The translations under genes were made by a program, and so were the position numbers. A model generated the notes under the pieces. It did no database searches. It saw nothing but the letters and a program-made list of their open reading frames with translations, and was not told where the DNA came from. 64,000 bases of DNA, from assembly GCF_001194135.2 (NCBI RefSeq), contig NC_068996.1, positions 55,171,222 through 55,235,221 on the forward strand, given 5' to 3'. Of the stretch, positions 12,211-24,825 are shown piece after piece. Positions within the stretch are counted from its first letter, which is position 1. Each line of letters starts with the position of its first letter. Origin of the DNA: Octopus bimaculoides. Its lineage: Eukaryota.

Positions 12211-13619
12211 AAGTATAATAACAGTTTGTTCATCTAATCACTTAACCTAGTTGTCACCTACATGTGTGTGAGTGTCTGTGTGTGTGTGTGTGTGTGCACG
12301 TGTGCTAGCTGAAATAGACAAACACATTCTGACCAGTGAGATTAACCTCTCAGTTTCTTATTGACAAGAAAAGTAAAAAATAGTGTAACTTGATCCTTGA
12401 GCCTTTTATGGAAAAATGTTAATAGGATATTATCCTACAAACACATTGGGGTTTTGATTTTAGACATGTAAATACAAACAACCAGCTGACACAGAAAATA
12501 TGACAAAGAAATGAAACTCAGAGGAAGAAGTTAAGAATGACCAAACTGAAATAAGACAGGTGTCTGAAATATAAATGTCAGGTCAATAGATTTTTTTTCT
12601 CTCTCTCAAGGAAAGCATCTCCTGTGAAGAATATAATCATTTGACATTAAAAAAAAATAGCTGGTGACCTCAGGATAAGAGCTAGATAGAACAGAAATAA
12701 GACAAACTGAAGAAAGAATGTAAGGAAACTGAAAGATTCCTCTAACATTTGTGACTGCTAACTTCCAAGAATTACTGGACAATATGATGAGCAGGAGGAA
12801 AGGATAAAGAATTATGACAATGCAGTCTTCTTTCTCAAAGGAGGTTCCATGGATGTCTTAATAAAATACAACAAAAATTTAGTTTATGAAACAAATGCTA
12901 TTTCTCATTTTTAAAATAAGTTATTTGGATTTTTATAACAAATTTTGTTTCATTTAATGTTGTTAAAATTAGGGCGGTGTAACTGAAACAGGGTCTCAGA
13001 CAGGCAGAGACTGAAGAAGTGCTATAGTACAGTGAACCATAAATACTTTTTCTACTGTATTGACAGGATTGGAGAGGATTAGAAAAAATGAAAGGAAGAA
13101 GAGGAGGCAGGAACAATAGAAGAGAAGCTAGATATAAATATATCTAGTGAGAGAGAGGAAACTGTGTAAGTAAACAGTTTGCCAAAGTCATGAGCATTAG
13201 AAGTATGAGGTTTTTTGAATTGATTCTGAAACAAATCAATCTTGTTTGATTTTTCTCTTCAAGGAAGAGATAAAGAGACAACAGACATTTGTTTACTGAA
13301 GTTGCACAATGTTGGCAAAAAACTTCAATTAGGTTTATCCATATATCATCATTTAACATCTGTTTTCCATGCTGGTGTAGGTTGGACAGTTTGACAGGGC
13401 CCAACAGGCCTAAAGCCAAGTCAAGAGAAGATGAAAGAGAGATAAGGAGAGTTAACACAAGAAATCAAAGTCAATGGCAAAACACTGAAACTGAGAAGCA
13501 GTGGTAAGGGGATGCTAAAGATATGACATAGTTAATAGCACCGTGCAAGCAACACATGCACTCTTCTGTTCATCACACCTATAACCACAGTTTAAGTAGA
13601 ACAAACTTGACAAACACAA

Positions 13620-15227
13620 CAGGAGTGGGGGACAAAGCAGAACATTTTACGGCCTTCGTTGACATGGAGAAAGCCGTTGACAGGGTCCTCCGATCCCTTA
13701 TCTGGTGGTCAATGAGGAAACTAGGGATAGAAGAATGGTTAGTGAGAGCTGTGCGAGCCATGTACAGAGATGCTGCCAGTAAGGTGAGGGTTGGAAATGA
13801 GTACAGTAATGAATTCCGGGTAGAGATAGGGGTCCACCAAGGTTCCGTCCTCAGCCCCCTCCTATTTATCATAGTCCTCCAGGCGATCACAGAGGAATTC
13901 AAGACAGGTTGCCCCTGGGAGTTCCTCTATGCTGATGACCTTGCACTAATTGCGGAGTCACTATCAGAACTAGAGGAGAAGTTTCAGGTNNNNNNNNNNN
14001 NNNNNNNNNNNNNNNNNNNNNNNNNNNNNNNNNNNNNNNNNNNNNNNNNNNNNNNNNNNNNNNNNNNNNNNNNNNNNNNNNNNNNNNNNNNNNNNNNNNN
14101 NNNNNNNNNNNNNNNNNNNNNNNNNNNNNNNNNNNNNNNNNNNNNNNNNNNNNNNNNNNNNNNNNNNNNNNNNNNNNNNNNNNNNNNNNNNNNNNNNNNN
14201 NNNNNNNNNNNNNNNNNNNNNNNNNNNNNNNNNNNNNNNNNNNNNNNNNNNNNNNNNNNNNNNNNNNNNNNNNNNNNNNNNNNNNNNNNNNNNNNNNNNN
14301 NNNNNNNNNNNNNNNNNNNNNNNNNNNNNNNNNNNNNNNNNNNNNNNNNNNNNNNNNNNNNNNNNNNNNNNNNNNNNNNNNNNNNNNNNNNNNNNNNNNN
14401 NNNNNNNNNNNNNNNNNNNNNNNNNNNNNNNNNNNNNNNNNNNNNNNNNNNNNNNNNNNNNNNNNNNNNNNNNNNNNNNNNNNNNNNNNNNNNNNNNNNN
14501 NNNNNNNNNNNNNNNNNNNNNNNNNNNNNNNNNNNNNNNNNNNNNNNNNNNNNNNNNNNNNNNNNNNNNNNNNNNNNNNNNNNNNNNNNNNNNNNNNNNN
14601 NNNNNNNNNNNNNNNNNNNNNNNNNNNNNNNNNNNNNNNNNNNNNNNNNNNNNNNNNNNNNNNNNNNNNNNNNNNNNNNNNNNNNNNNNNNNNNNNNNNN
14701 NNNNNNNNNNNNNNNNNNNNNNNNNNNNNNNNNNNNNNNNNNNNNNNNNNNNNNNNNNNNNNNNNNNNNNNNNNNNNNNNNNNNNNNNNNNNNNNNNNNN
14801 NNNNNNNNNNNNNNNNNNNNNNNNNNNNNNNNNNNNNNNNNNNNNNNNNNNNNNNNNNNNNNNNNNNNNNGATGACTACTGACCAAGACCTTTGGAAATG
14901 TGCTGTGCGTGAGAAGACCCAGCAAGCCAAGTGAGATCGTTGCCAGTGCCCCTGGACTGGCTCTTGTGCGGGTGGCACATAAAAGACACCATTTTGAGCA
15001 TGGCCGTTGCCAGTACCGCCTGACTGGCCCTCGTGCGGGTGACACGTAAAAGCACCCACCACACTCTCTGAGTGGTTGGCGTTAGGAAGGGCATCCAGCT
15101 GTAGAAACTCTGCCAAATCAGATTGGAGCCCGGTGTTGCCATCCGGTTTCACCAGTCCTCAGTCAATTCGTCCAACCCATGCTAGCATGGAAAGCGGACG
15201 TTAAACGATGATGATAATGATGATGAT
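13620..15227 (+). mobile_element. 5'-truncated RTE-clade LINE (RT core, gap, 3' UTR, (GAT)n tail)
   Basis: FVDMEKAVDRV...GVHQGSVLSPLLF...LYADDLALIAES covers RT motifs including YADD. After the gap come the ORF end, the 3' UTR with GTTGGCGTTAGGAAGGGCATCC, and GGACGTTAAAC(GAT)n. Confidence 0.9.
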
Positions 15228-15329
15228 CTATGAGTGCACATATCTATATAATATTTAATACTAATTGTGAGTGTTTTCCATGGTGGCAAATGCACACTTC
15301 CAAAAATAACCAATCATATCCATATGCTG

Positions 15330-16200
15330 TTAGTGACAATGAGTTTTTCCTACAGCATGAAAAGCAGATTGTTTGATGCTTGTGTTAGAACTGCAATGCT
15401 GCATGGTAGTGAGACATAAGCCTTTAATGAAGAGAACATGAGAAGTCTGGAAAAGAAACAAAGCTAGCATGCTCTGTTGGATGTGCAATCGGGGCTGGAT
15501 TAAGACCCATCGAGGCCTTAAGCACTTAAAAAGATTTTGGTGCCCCCATAAAAGATTATGTAATTTAAAGTATAAACAATAACAAACAATGAAATAAATT
15601 TTTATTTTTCAAAATGAAACAAAACAGCAAGATGGAAAATAATGTTTATTTTTGTATATTTCCATTTTATTTAGATTTGACAAGTTTCCTCCTACTTTTT
15701 TGAATTGCAAAGTCTTTGATCAGATCCTCAAAATTAATCTTAGGTAAACACATCTACATCTATATTGAGTAGAGATAAAGGCATCCTGAATATTAATTTT
15801 AGCAAGTTTCAAATGATTTCTTTTGTGCTGTAAACCATTTACCATTTCTGTAGTGCTCCCCTTCCATCCCTTGATGCCCTAAGCACATGCTTATTTTGCT
15901 TAATGGTTAATCCAATACTGTGTGCAATATAAGTGAGCATGAAGGACATAGTATAAAAATGATGAGAGAAAGACTGGGCATAAGAGGGATCAGCTGTAGT
16001 GTGCAAGAGAGAAGACTGTGCTGGTACAGACATGCGATGTGTATTGATGAGGACAGCTGTATAGAAAAGTGACCATCAGTAGATGTGGTGGAGCCCTGTG
16101 GAAGAGGGAGACCCAAGAAGACATGGGATGAAGTAGTAAAAAATGACCTTAGGATCCTGACAATTACAGAGGAATGACAAAGGACAGGGATATCTGGTAG
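15330..16200 (+). mobile_element. RTE-clade LINE 3' fragment interrupted by a MITE
   Basis: GCATGGTAGTGAGAC...CTAGCATGCTCTGTTGGATGTGCAAT continues after the insert with ...GTGCAAGAGAGAAGACTGTGCTGGTAC...GAGGGAGACCCAAGAAGACATGG. Confidence 0.8.
15490..15920. mobile_element. hAT-type MITE (431 bp) with 8-bp TSD
   Basis: TSD TGTGCAAT at 15482-15489 and 15921-15928. Degenerate TIRs CGGGGCTGGATTAA and TTAATCCAATACTG. An 8-bp TSD is characteristic of hAT. Confidence 0.85.
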
Positions 16201-17221
16201 TATGAGGTTCTTGCGAAAACTTGCTCATCATATTAAAACTGACTTCTGGAAGAACTGCCTGGGTACATATTGTATACATATATGCATATATATGTGTGTG
16301 TGTGTATGTGCATGCTTATATAAATATGAACCTCTCAGTCAATACCCTCCCCATTACATCTGCCCCAGCAAAACTCTTCCCAACTTCCAATACCACTTTC
16401 TCTTTTGTTATTCAAAACCATCTCACTTATCAGCCATTCTTCATCCATTAATAAGTTCTCCACATTCACATATTACAATGGCTATCCTATTTGCCCCTCC
16501 TCTCGCATTAAAGCCTGTTTTATCTCCCTACTCCATTCCTGCAGCCTAACCCAAACATGTCATCTTGTTTCTTTCCCTGTCAATTCCCCTGGAACTGGCA
16601 CCCTTCTGACCTTCCTAGCTTGTGCACCCACTCCTTTCAACCTTTCCCAACCTCTACAGATGTTGTCTGCCTACGTACCTACTTCTCTGCTACCCCCCAC
16701 CTCTTGCAAACTACCACCTCCCTCCACCCACTGCTACTACCACTCGTACCTGTTATGGCCCCTGAACACCTCATCACCACTATCTTTGAACATGATGATA
16801 GTGGTAGTGATGATGAAGAAAAGGAGAAGGAAGAATCAGGGGAAAGTCTCTATCGCATGATTTTATCTATTGTAGTTCTGTAAGTACCAATTCCTAATTA
16901 TTGGTCCCAGCATCATTCTCTCTCTCATAAACGTAAATATCCATCTACCTCCACAACAATAAGAACCTATTCACTTTACCTTACCCCCCCCCCCCCAATT
17001 AAAATAAGAGCTACATGGTAACCTTGCTAGTGCTGCTGGTAGCATGAAAAAAAAGCATCCAGTGCCCACTGTAAAGTAGTTGGTGTTAGGAGGGGCACCC
17101 AGCCATAGAAATCATGTTAAAGCAGACATTGGGGCACAATGCAGTCCTTGGACTCACTGGATCCTTGTCAAACCATAAAACCCGTACTGCCAGTATGGAA
17201 CATGGAGGTTTAATAATAATC

Positions 17222-17433
17222 CTTTCTACGATAGGCACAAAGCCTGAAATTTTGGGGAGAGAGGACCAGTCGATTACATTGACCCCAGTATTTTATTGGT
17301 ACAAAATTTATTGACCCTGACAGGATGAAATGCAAAATTGACCTAGGTGGAATTTGAACCCAAAATGTAGCAATGGGCGAAATACTGCTAAGCATTTTGC
17401 CTGGTGTGCTAACAATTCTGACAGCTTGTCGCC
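17222..17433 (-). mobile_element. Second SINE family, degenerate copy
   Basis: On the minus strand: head GGCGACAAGCTGTCAGAATTGTTAGCAC...AAAATGCTTAGCAG and body CATCCTGTCAGGGTCAATAAAAT...GTACC. A related copy is at 59238-59520 (+). Confidence 0.65.
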
Positions 17434-18225
17434 TTAATAATAATAATAATAATGATGATGATGATGATGATGATGGTGGTGATGGGTGGGTGGATGGATG
17501 GAGATAGGTAGACAGATACACACACATGCATATATCGTTTATTTTGTTTAGTGTATGCTTCTCCATGCTAACACAGCTTAAATGAGAGGCAATTAAAGCA
17601 AAAATTATTTAATGGTGGATGCACTTCCAGTTGCTTCTACCTGTTTTCCAAGAAAGGGATTATAAATAAGTGAACAGAAACACTGCAAAAAATAATGTTT
17701 AATCCTTTCGTATTCAAACCAGCCATATCAGGCCTGAATAATCTGCCTGTTTTATGTTCAAACTCGCCTTATCAGGCCTCTCACATCTATCCTACAATGT
17801 CATTCTAAAATTAAACAATCACATCATTGAAAGCTACAAGATAATATTTGATAAATTCAAAATAATGTGATTAAATAAGCATTATATTTGATGGAGTAAT
17901 TTGAAGACTAACGAGTTAAGAAAGAGAGACACAAACGCAAGTTTAGAAATAAGATGTAAACAGATGCAAAACCAAAAACAAAACAAGAACAGAGGTCCAC
18001 ATTCTTATCTTGTATTTCAATATCTTGGATTTAAAAAGAAATTCCTTATCAAGAAAATAGAGGAAGAGCTAGTTCTTTTGTGCAAGTCAAAATAACTAAC
18101 CAGTTGTTTTTCAAATGCTAAAATTGCAGAGGAGCGGCAGTGCCATGTGTATACTGGTTGTGTTATATCACTCAGTGTAGCTTAGATCACAACTACTGGC
18201 AATTGATGGATTATAGCTTCTTTAA

Positions 18226-18447
18226 CCCTTTTGTTACCATATTTCTGTTGAGATGCTTTGTGTTTCTTTCAATTAATTTTAGATATAACAAAGAATTTAG
18301 TAAAATAACTTTGTTATCATTCAGCTAGTGTTAGGAACATAAATTGTGACTAAGGTTTGGTGGAAGATTTTAATTCAGAACTTATGAAAACAAGACATTT
18401 GTACTACAGAGCCAGAGGTGGTTTCAGCCAGGTTGGTATAAAAAGGG
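18226..18447. mobile_element. TTAA-flanked piggyBac-type MITE (ends related to the 39648-40929 element)
   Basis: TTAA|CCCTTTTGTTACCATATTTCT ... GGTATAAAAAGGG|TTAA. The left end matches CCCTTTCGTTACCATATTTCT of the transposase-bearing piggyBac. Confidence 0.85.
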
Positions 18448-18740
18448 TTAAACCTAAGATTTCTAATATTCCTTTGTATCCTTGAGTATAACTATAATCT
18501 CTTTATGACTTCTCTGTAGATGTTTTACAGAGTAAGGAAAATGTATAAATTTGTTCTTTAATGTGGATGTTCAGTATGAAAATATGCTGCCAATGTAAGA
18601 TCTGTTGCATTTATTACAAACTGTAAGATATACTACATGGGTCCATAAACATGCAAACATTGTTGCATTGTATGTGTGTATAGACTCTCAGGAAGGTCAA
18701 GTGTATGCTAGCTGTATACACGATCCCTCCCTATGGATAT

Positions 18741-18963
18741 CATCATCATCGTTTAACGTCCGCTTTCCATGCTAGCATGGGTTGGACGATTTGACTGAGG
18801 ACTGGTGAACCAGATGGCAACACCAGGCTCCAATCTGATCTGGCAGAGTTTCTACAGCAGGATCCCCTTCCTAATGCCAACTACTCCGAGAGTGTAGTGG
18901 GTTCTTTTACGTGCCAACGGCACGAGGGCTAGTCAGGAGGTACTGGCAACGGCCACGCTCAAA
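18741..18963 (-). mobile_element. RTE LINE 3'-end fragment
   Basis: (CAT)n-CGTTTAACGTCCGCTTTCCATGCTAGCATGGG... is the reverse complement of the tail at 15050-15227. Confidence 0.85.
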
Positions 18964-20431
18964 ATAGTAACATAGATTTCATTGGATAATCTATCATTAA
19001 AGTGTGGCAATATCAACTAGAAAGTGTTGTTGTTGTTGTTATATTATCAAGGATGCTGGTATTTGTTGTCCATTAACATCCTTTGGAACTGCTTGGTGTT
19101 GGCAGTTGTCTCCTGCTTTTCTATACCTGTTCTGTATAGGAAATATTCCATTTTACCTGTAAACAGTCTACATATGAATGAATGGAAATGAGAAAATGTA
19201 TAGGATTCAGGAGAGAGGTAAAAGAGTAGGGGCTGTACAGAAGAGGAAGATGTACTGTGTGATTAAAGTTAGTAGCAAAGGTACAAATCAGTTGAATTGA
19301 TGCGTGAGCAACAAAAACAAGATGAAAGTGGGTGTGAACAGGTGTTGCCATTTGTCACTCTCGTTCTTATTGTTCTCATTATCTTTTGTTATTCACTTAT
19401 CCCACTATCCAATTATCATGTGCCTATCACTCTCCCCATCTCTTCCATAAATTTCTCTTCTATCAGTCATTACCTCTGAAATTAAACGTCCATTGGAGCA
19501 TGCTTTACCCCAGTTATGTTTTTTATATTTCACATAATGCACTATTAAAATACACAACATTGTAATGACTGGAACCCATCCACAAGATGAACCAAAAGTT
19601 ATAAAACAGCTTGAAAGAATGAAAATTTCAGTTTAAGAAAGACAATATAAAGAGTAACTTCAAAATTACTGTCAAACTTTTCTTTACAAAATATACAACA
19701 TATAATTACACACACACAAACCCAAACAAACATATCTGAATATTTCATGTCTGTTTTTCATGCTAACATGAGATGAGCAGAGATCTATTGTAAAAGTGTT
19801 TTACAGCCGGATCCCCTTCCTGTCACCAGCCTATATCTAGTCTTCAAGATACTTTTTATTCTACTGATCCTCAAAAGCTTACAACTACAGAATACATTGT
19901 CATCATTGTCTTGTCCACAAGGTGTCATAAAATGTAAACATTCATACATTATTCATTTTGCATATTTTACCAAGTTAGCATGAGTTACACAAACGTTATT
20001 GAGGCATTGTTTTACAGTCAGATGCTCTTTTCAATGCCGACCATTACAAGTAAAGGATCTCTTCATATGCTTTTGAATACATGAAATAACCTGATAGTTT
20101 GTTGACAGGAGAAACTGACACCACTAACATGTTTTCATACAAGCAAATGTAAACAAATTCAAACACACACGCAAGGCACCTTTCAGTTATTTTTTTTCTG
20201 TCAACCAGATCAACTCACAAGGCTTTATAAATGAATCATGTATGTAACATATAAATATTATACACACACACACAATTGATATCTTGATCATTAGAATTGG
20301 TACCATGTATCTGAATGTGATGGGAGAATAAATGAGTTGGTGTTAGGAGTTATAAAACTCCAAATGTTCTGTGTTATGCACATCATAATGGAATAGCGGA
20401 TATTAAAAGTGATAACAAACATGTGTGCATG

Positions 20432-20820
20432 TATGTCATCATCATCATCGTCATCGTTTAACGTCTGCTTTCCATGCTAGCATGGGTTGGACGATTTGTC
20501 TGAGGACTGGTGAACCAGATGGCTGCACCAGGCTCCAATCTGATCTGGCAGAGTTTCTACAGCTGGATGCCCTTCCTAACACCAACCGCTCAGAGAGTGT
20601 AGTGGGTGCTTTTATGTGCCACCGGCACGAAGGCCAGTCAGGCAGTACTGGCAACGGCCATGCTCAAAATGGTGTATTTTACATGCCACCTGCACAGGAG
20701 CCAGTTTGGCGGCACTGGCAACGATCTCACTTGAATGTCTTTACACGTGCCATCAGGCACAAGTGCCAGGAAGGCGATGCTGGGCACAGGTGCCATTGAC
20801 GGTTTCGCTTTCGCTTGCCC
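20432..20820 (-). mobile_element. RTE LINE 3'-UTR fragment
   Basis: Same (CAT)n-GTTTAACGTC...GGATGCCCTTCCTAAC...GTGGGTGCTTTTATGTGCC tail family. Confidence 0.85.
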
Positions 20821-21055
20821 CAATGTGTGCATGATTAAAATTCCACAAAATTCAGCTTAAATCTCTTGGAGATCAATAGTATAATAAAATGTCTAGAATA
20901 TGATGAAAACCAGCTGCAATAAAGTAGTAACATTAAAGACAGAATTCAAAGTGAATTTCTGGATATTATTCGAAGTAGCAATAAACTATTTGTTATTTTG
21001 AAAATGTCAAGGACTTTGAAAAACACACACATGCATATTTATCATCATCATTCTA

Positions 21056-21275
21056 ACCCTTTAGCATTTAAACAGGCCATGTCCAGTCAAAATATTTTGC
21101 CTCTTTTATGTTTAAACTGGCCTAATCCAACATCACATGCCAACTTGACAATGTTATGGTAAAAATAAGCTACCACATCACTGAATTCTTGAAGCCACAA
21201 GATAATGGATGATTAATTCAAATCAATGTGAATAAATAAACATTACATTTGACAGAAAAATCTGAATGCTAAAGT
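21056..21275. mobile_element. TTAA-type MITE, degenerate, opposite orientation to the 10309 copy
   Basis: CCCTTTAGCATTTAAAC...GAATGCTAAAGTG ends; the internal sequence is reverse-complementary to 10309-10531. Confidence 0.7.
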
Positions 21276-22589
21276 GTTATTGTCTATTTTTCCAAGCTTG
21301 CAAGAGTCAGATTTTCTACAGCTGGATGCCCTTCATGTCACCAATCCTCACCTGTTTACAGGTGAGGTAATATTTCTCCATATCTCAACATGTTTTCACA
21401 GAAGACTGGAAATGAAAAACCTCAATTGTATGATGACGATGATGATGCTCATTGACAACCATCACATGATGTTTAGACAAGGTCATACATAAACATACAC
21501 ACATATATAAACATATACAATGGGCTTCTTTCAGTGTTTGTCTATCAAATCCGCTCACAGGGTTTTGGTTGGTTTGGGGCTATAGTAGAAGACATCTATC
21601 CAAAGTGCCGTGCAATGGAGATGAACCCAAGACCACGTGATTAGGAAGCTTCTTAACCATATGGCCACCTATCATACTTTAACATCCTTTGCTCAGTTGA
21701 GGGCCTTATCTTGCAAGCACTTGAGACTTTCACTGGTGCCATGAAAACAAAAACAAAAAAAGCACCCAGTAGTGGTTGGCATTAAGAAAGATATCCAGCT
21801 GTAGAAACCATGCTAAAGCAGGTACTGGAGCTCAGCACAGCCCTCAAGCTCATCAAAGCATCCAACCCAGACAAGCAGTGAATAAGAGATGATGAATGAT
21901 AATAAAATCCACATTTTATTAATATTCAGGCTTCATCTTTCCATTTATTTAACACAGATAGCGGTTACAGCTCAGCCCAAATAATTTCCAATAAGTTGTA
22001 GAGCACTTGCAGTAAATGAATGCCTTGATTTGTACAATGATAATGTACTTTGTGAGGTTCACATGTGTGGAGTTTCTTCGCATTATATATATAATAAATG
22101 GATAAAATTAATCAATTAATCAATAATTAATAATTTTACCAAGTAGTTCTTTTGTGATGAGGTGAAATAAGTAAGTAAATATAACTACTTCAATCCCGAA
22201 ATGAGTGTGTAGCTAATCTAAGTTGAGTGGACTTGTTATGTTTTTCTCTTTGCCTACGTAAAAAAAAGTCTGTTACTGTCTTGGAGATATTTATGGTAGC
22301 GGAAAAGGTATTTTAACTGCTATTTCTAAATTTGGTGTGTGACGAAGCAATTAGCTGACCCCTGATTATAATTATAGAACATTTGTATATATATATATAT
22401 ATATATATCTGTGTATATAGGCCTGTTTGCCAAAAATTTCTTTGAAAAAACTTTTTTGTTTATGGGGATATGTTATCTGAATGGGCACCAGTTTTGCACT
22501 GTTATCGATTGATAATTCTGGTTATCATTTGTGTGCTTCTGTACTAATGTTTGTGGTTGGTTAGTTTGACCATTCTTAGTACTGACAAC

Positions 22590-23232
22590 AATTCTACATG
22601 GTAGTGAGACACGGGCCCTGAATACGGGTGAAGGTTAGAAAAGAATGAGGCTAGTATGCTCTGTTGGATGTGTAATGTAAGTTACATATTTGACAGAGTG
22701 CTAGTATTCTGAGTGAGAAGTTAGGTATAAGAGGAATTGGTTGCTGTGTGCAAGAGAGAAGACTGCACTGGTTTGGTCATGTGATGCAGATGGATACTGA
22801 GAGCTGCATAAAGAAGTGCTGATCTCTCAAAGTGGATGGAATGCATAGAAATAGGAAACCCAGGGAGACAGGGGATGAAGTACTAAAGAACAATCTCAGG
22901 ATGCTGAACCTTTTGTGTGAGATGACAAAGGGCTGAGATGCCTGGCACTTGGCTATACACTCCGGCAGAAGTGTTAAGACCAATCCTTCTGGTGGTGTAA
23001 AGCACTCATGGTAGTGCCACGTAAAAGCACTTGTGTGGTGCCATGTAAAAGCACCCAGCACACCTTGTAAAATGGTTGGCATTAGGAAGGGCAGCATCCA
23101 GCTGTAAAAACTATGCCAATGCAGACTGGATTCTTGTGCAGCTACCCATCTTGCTTGCTCTGGTCAAACCATCCAACCCATGCCATCATGGACAACGGAC
23201 GTTAAATGATGATGATGATGATGGTGATGACT
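22590..23232 (+). mobile_element. RTE LINE 3' fragment with (GAT)n tail
   Basis: CATGGTAGTGAGAC...GTGCAAGAGAGAAGACTGCACTGGTTTGGTCATGTG...GGACGTTAAAT(GAT)n. Confidence 0.85.
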
Positions 23233-23384
23233 ATCCTTCCCATGACTTTTGACTCAATTCATTTCAAGACCACATTATTACATATTCTAATAAAAAACAA
23301 ATGTTTTATTTTCATAAAAGATTTCAACTTAATGATCATTACCTTTTTTTTTATATCTTATCTGTACTTGATTTAGTTATTAGA

Positions 23385-23650
23385 TTGTGGACATTCTGCG
23401 GCACCATCCTGAAGAATTTTTAGTCAAGTTAATCAACCTCAGGACTTATTCTTTGTAAGCCGGGTACTTATACTATTGGTGTCTTTTGCCAAACCACTAA
23501 GTTATGAGGCCGTAAACACACCGGTTGTCAAGTGGTGGCGGGGAGGGGGGAAACAAACAGACACACATAAATAAATATGTGTGTGTGTGTGTGTATACTG
23601 AACTTGGAACCTTGTGTTTGAGAAACAAGGTTCTTACCACGCAGCCACGC
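23385..23650 (-). mobile_element. tRNA-head SINE, degenerate copy
   Basis: Shares TTATTCTTTGTAAGC...GTAAACAC...GGTTGTCAAG and ACCACGCAGCCAC segments with 664-1083. Confidence 0.7.
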
Positions 23651-23702
23651 AAATCATTTCTCTGTAAATTATAATTTGAAATGACAGTCTTATTTATTTA
23701 GT

Positions 23703-24825
23703 TACTAGCAGAAATACCCGGCTTTGCCCGGGTTAAAGAGAATAATGAAATCTAAAAACGCTGTCTAGACTACGCAACCCTCAACTGTTAGTAGCTACGA
23801 TACCATATTTCTACATTAATAACTCTCCAATCCATGCCAGCATGGAACATAGACATTAAGTGGAATGCCAGTCTCTCATCTAGGAAGGCTTGAAATCAAT
23901 GTTACCAACTGGGGACTATGTGTGTCGCAGTGATAATAAAAAGACCCAAAGGAGGTCTGCAATGAAATAATTTTACTCAACACTTTGCAAGTGAATCANN
24001 NNNNNNNNNNNNNNNNNNNNNNNNNNNNNNNNNNNNNNNNNNNNNNNNNNNNNNNNNNNNNNNNNNNNNNNNNNNNNNNNNNNNNNNNNNNNNNNNNNNN
24101 NNNNNNNNNNNNNNNNNNNNNNNNNNNNNNNNNNNNNNNNNNNNNNNNNNNNNNNNNNNNNNNNNNNNNNNNNNNNNNNNNNNNNNNNNNNNNNNNNNNN
24201 NNNNNNNNNNNNNNNNNNNNNNNNNNNNNNNNNNNNNNNNNNNNNNNNNNNNNNNNNNNNNNNNNNNNNNNNNNNNNNNNNNNNNNNNNNNNNNNNNNNN
24301 NNNNNNNNNNNNNNNNNNNNNNNNNNNNNNNNNNNNNNNNNNNNNNNNNNNNNNNNNNNNNNNNNNNNNNNNNNNNNNNNNNNNNNNNNNNNNNNNNNNN
24401 NNNNNNNNNNNNNNNNNNNNNNNNNNNNNNNNNNNNNNNNNNNNNNNNNNNNNNNNNNNNNNNNNNNNNNNNNNNNNNNNNNNNNNNNNNNNNNNNNNNN
24501 NNNNNNNNNNNNNNNNNNNNNNNNNNNNNNNNNNNNNNNNNNNNNNNNNNNNNNNNNNNNNNNNNNNNNNNNNNNNNNNNNNNNNNNNNNNNNNNNNNNN
24601 NNNNNNNNNNNNNNNNNNNNNNNNNNNNNNNNNNNNNNNNNNNNNNNNNNNNNNNNNNNNNNNNNNNNNNNNNNNNNNNNNNNNNNNNNNNNNNNNNNNN
24701 NNNNNNNNNAAGGCATCTGTAAAATTTGAATAAAATTGGTTGCGTAGTTCTCGAGTTTTAGGGATTCACACACACACACACAGACAGACAGACACACATT
24801 CTCATTTTTATATATATAGATAGAT
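23703..24825 (+). mobile_element. Non-autonomous Helitron/Helentron-like element spanning a gap
   Basis: 5' TACTAGC...ACCCGGCTTTGCCCGGGT palindrome. The 3' end AAAATTTGAATAAAATTGGTTGCGTAGTTCTCGAGTT...(CA)n(CAGA)n...TTTTATATATATAGAT has the DINE-1-like architecture. Confidence 0.6.
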
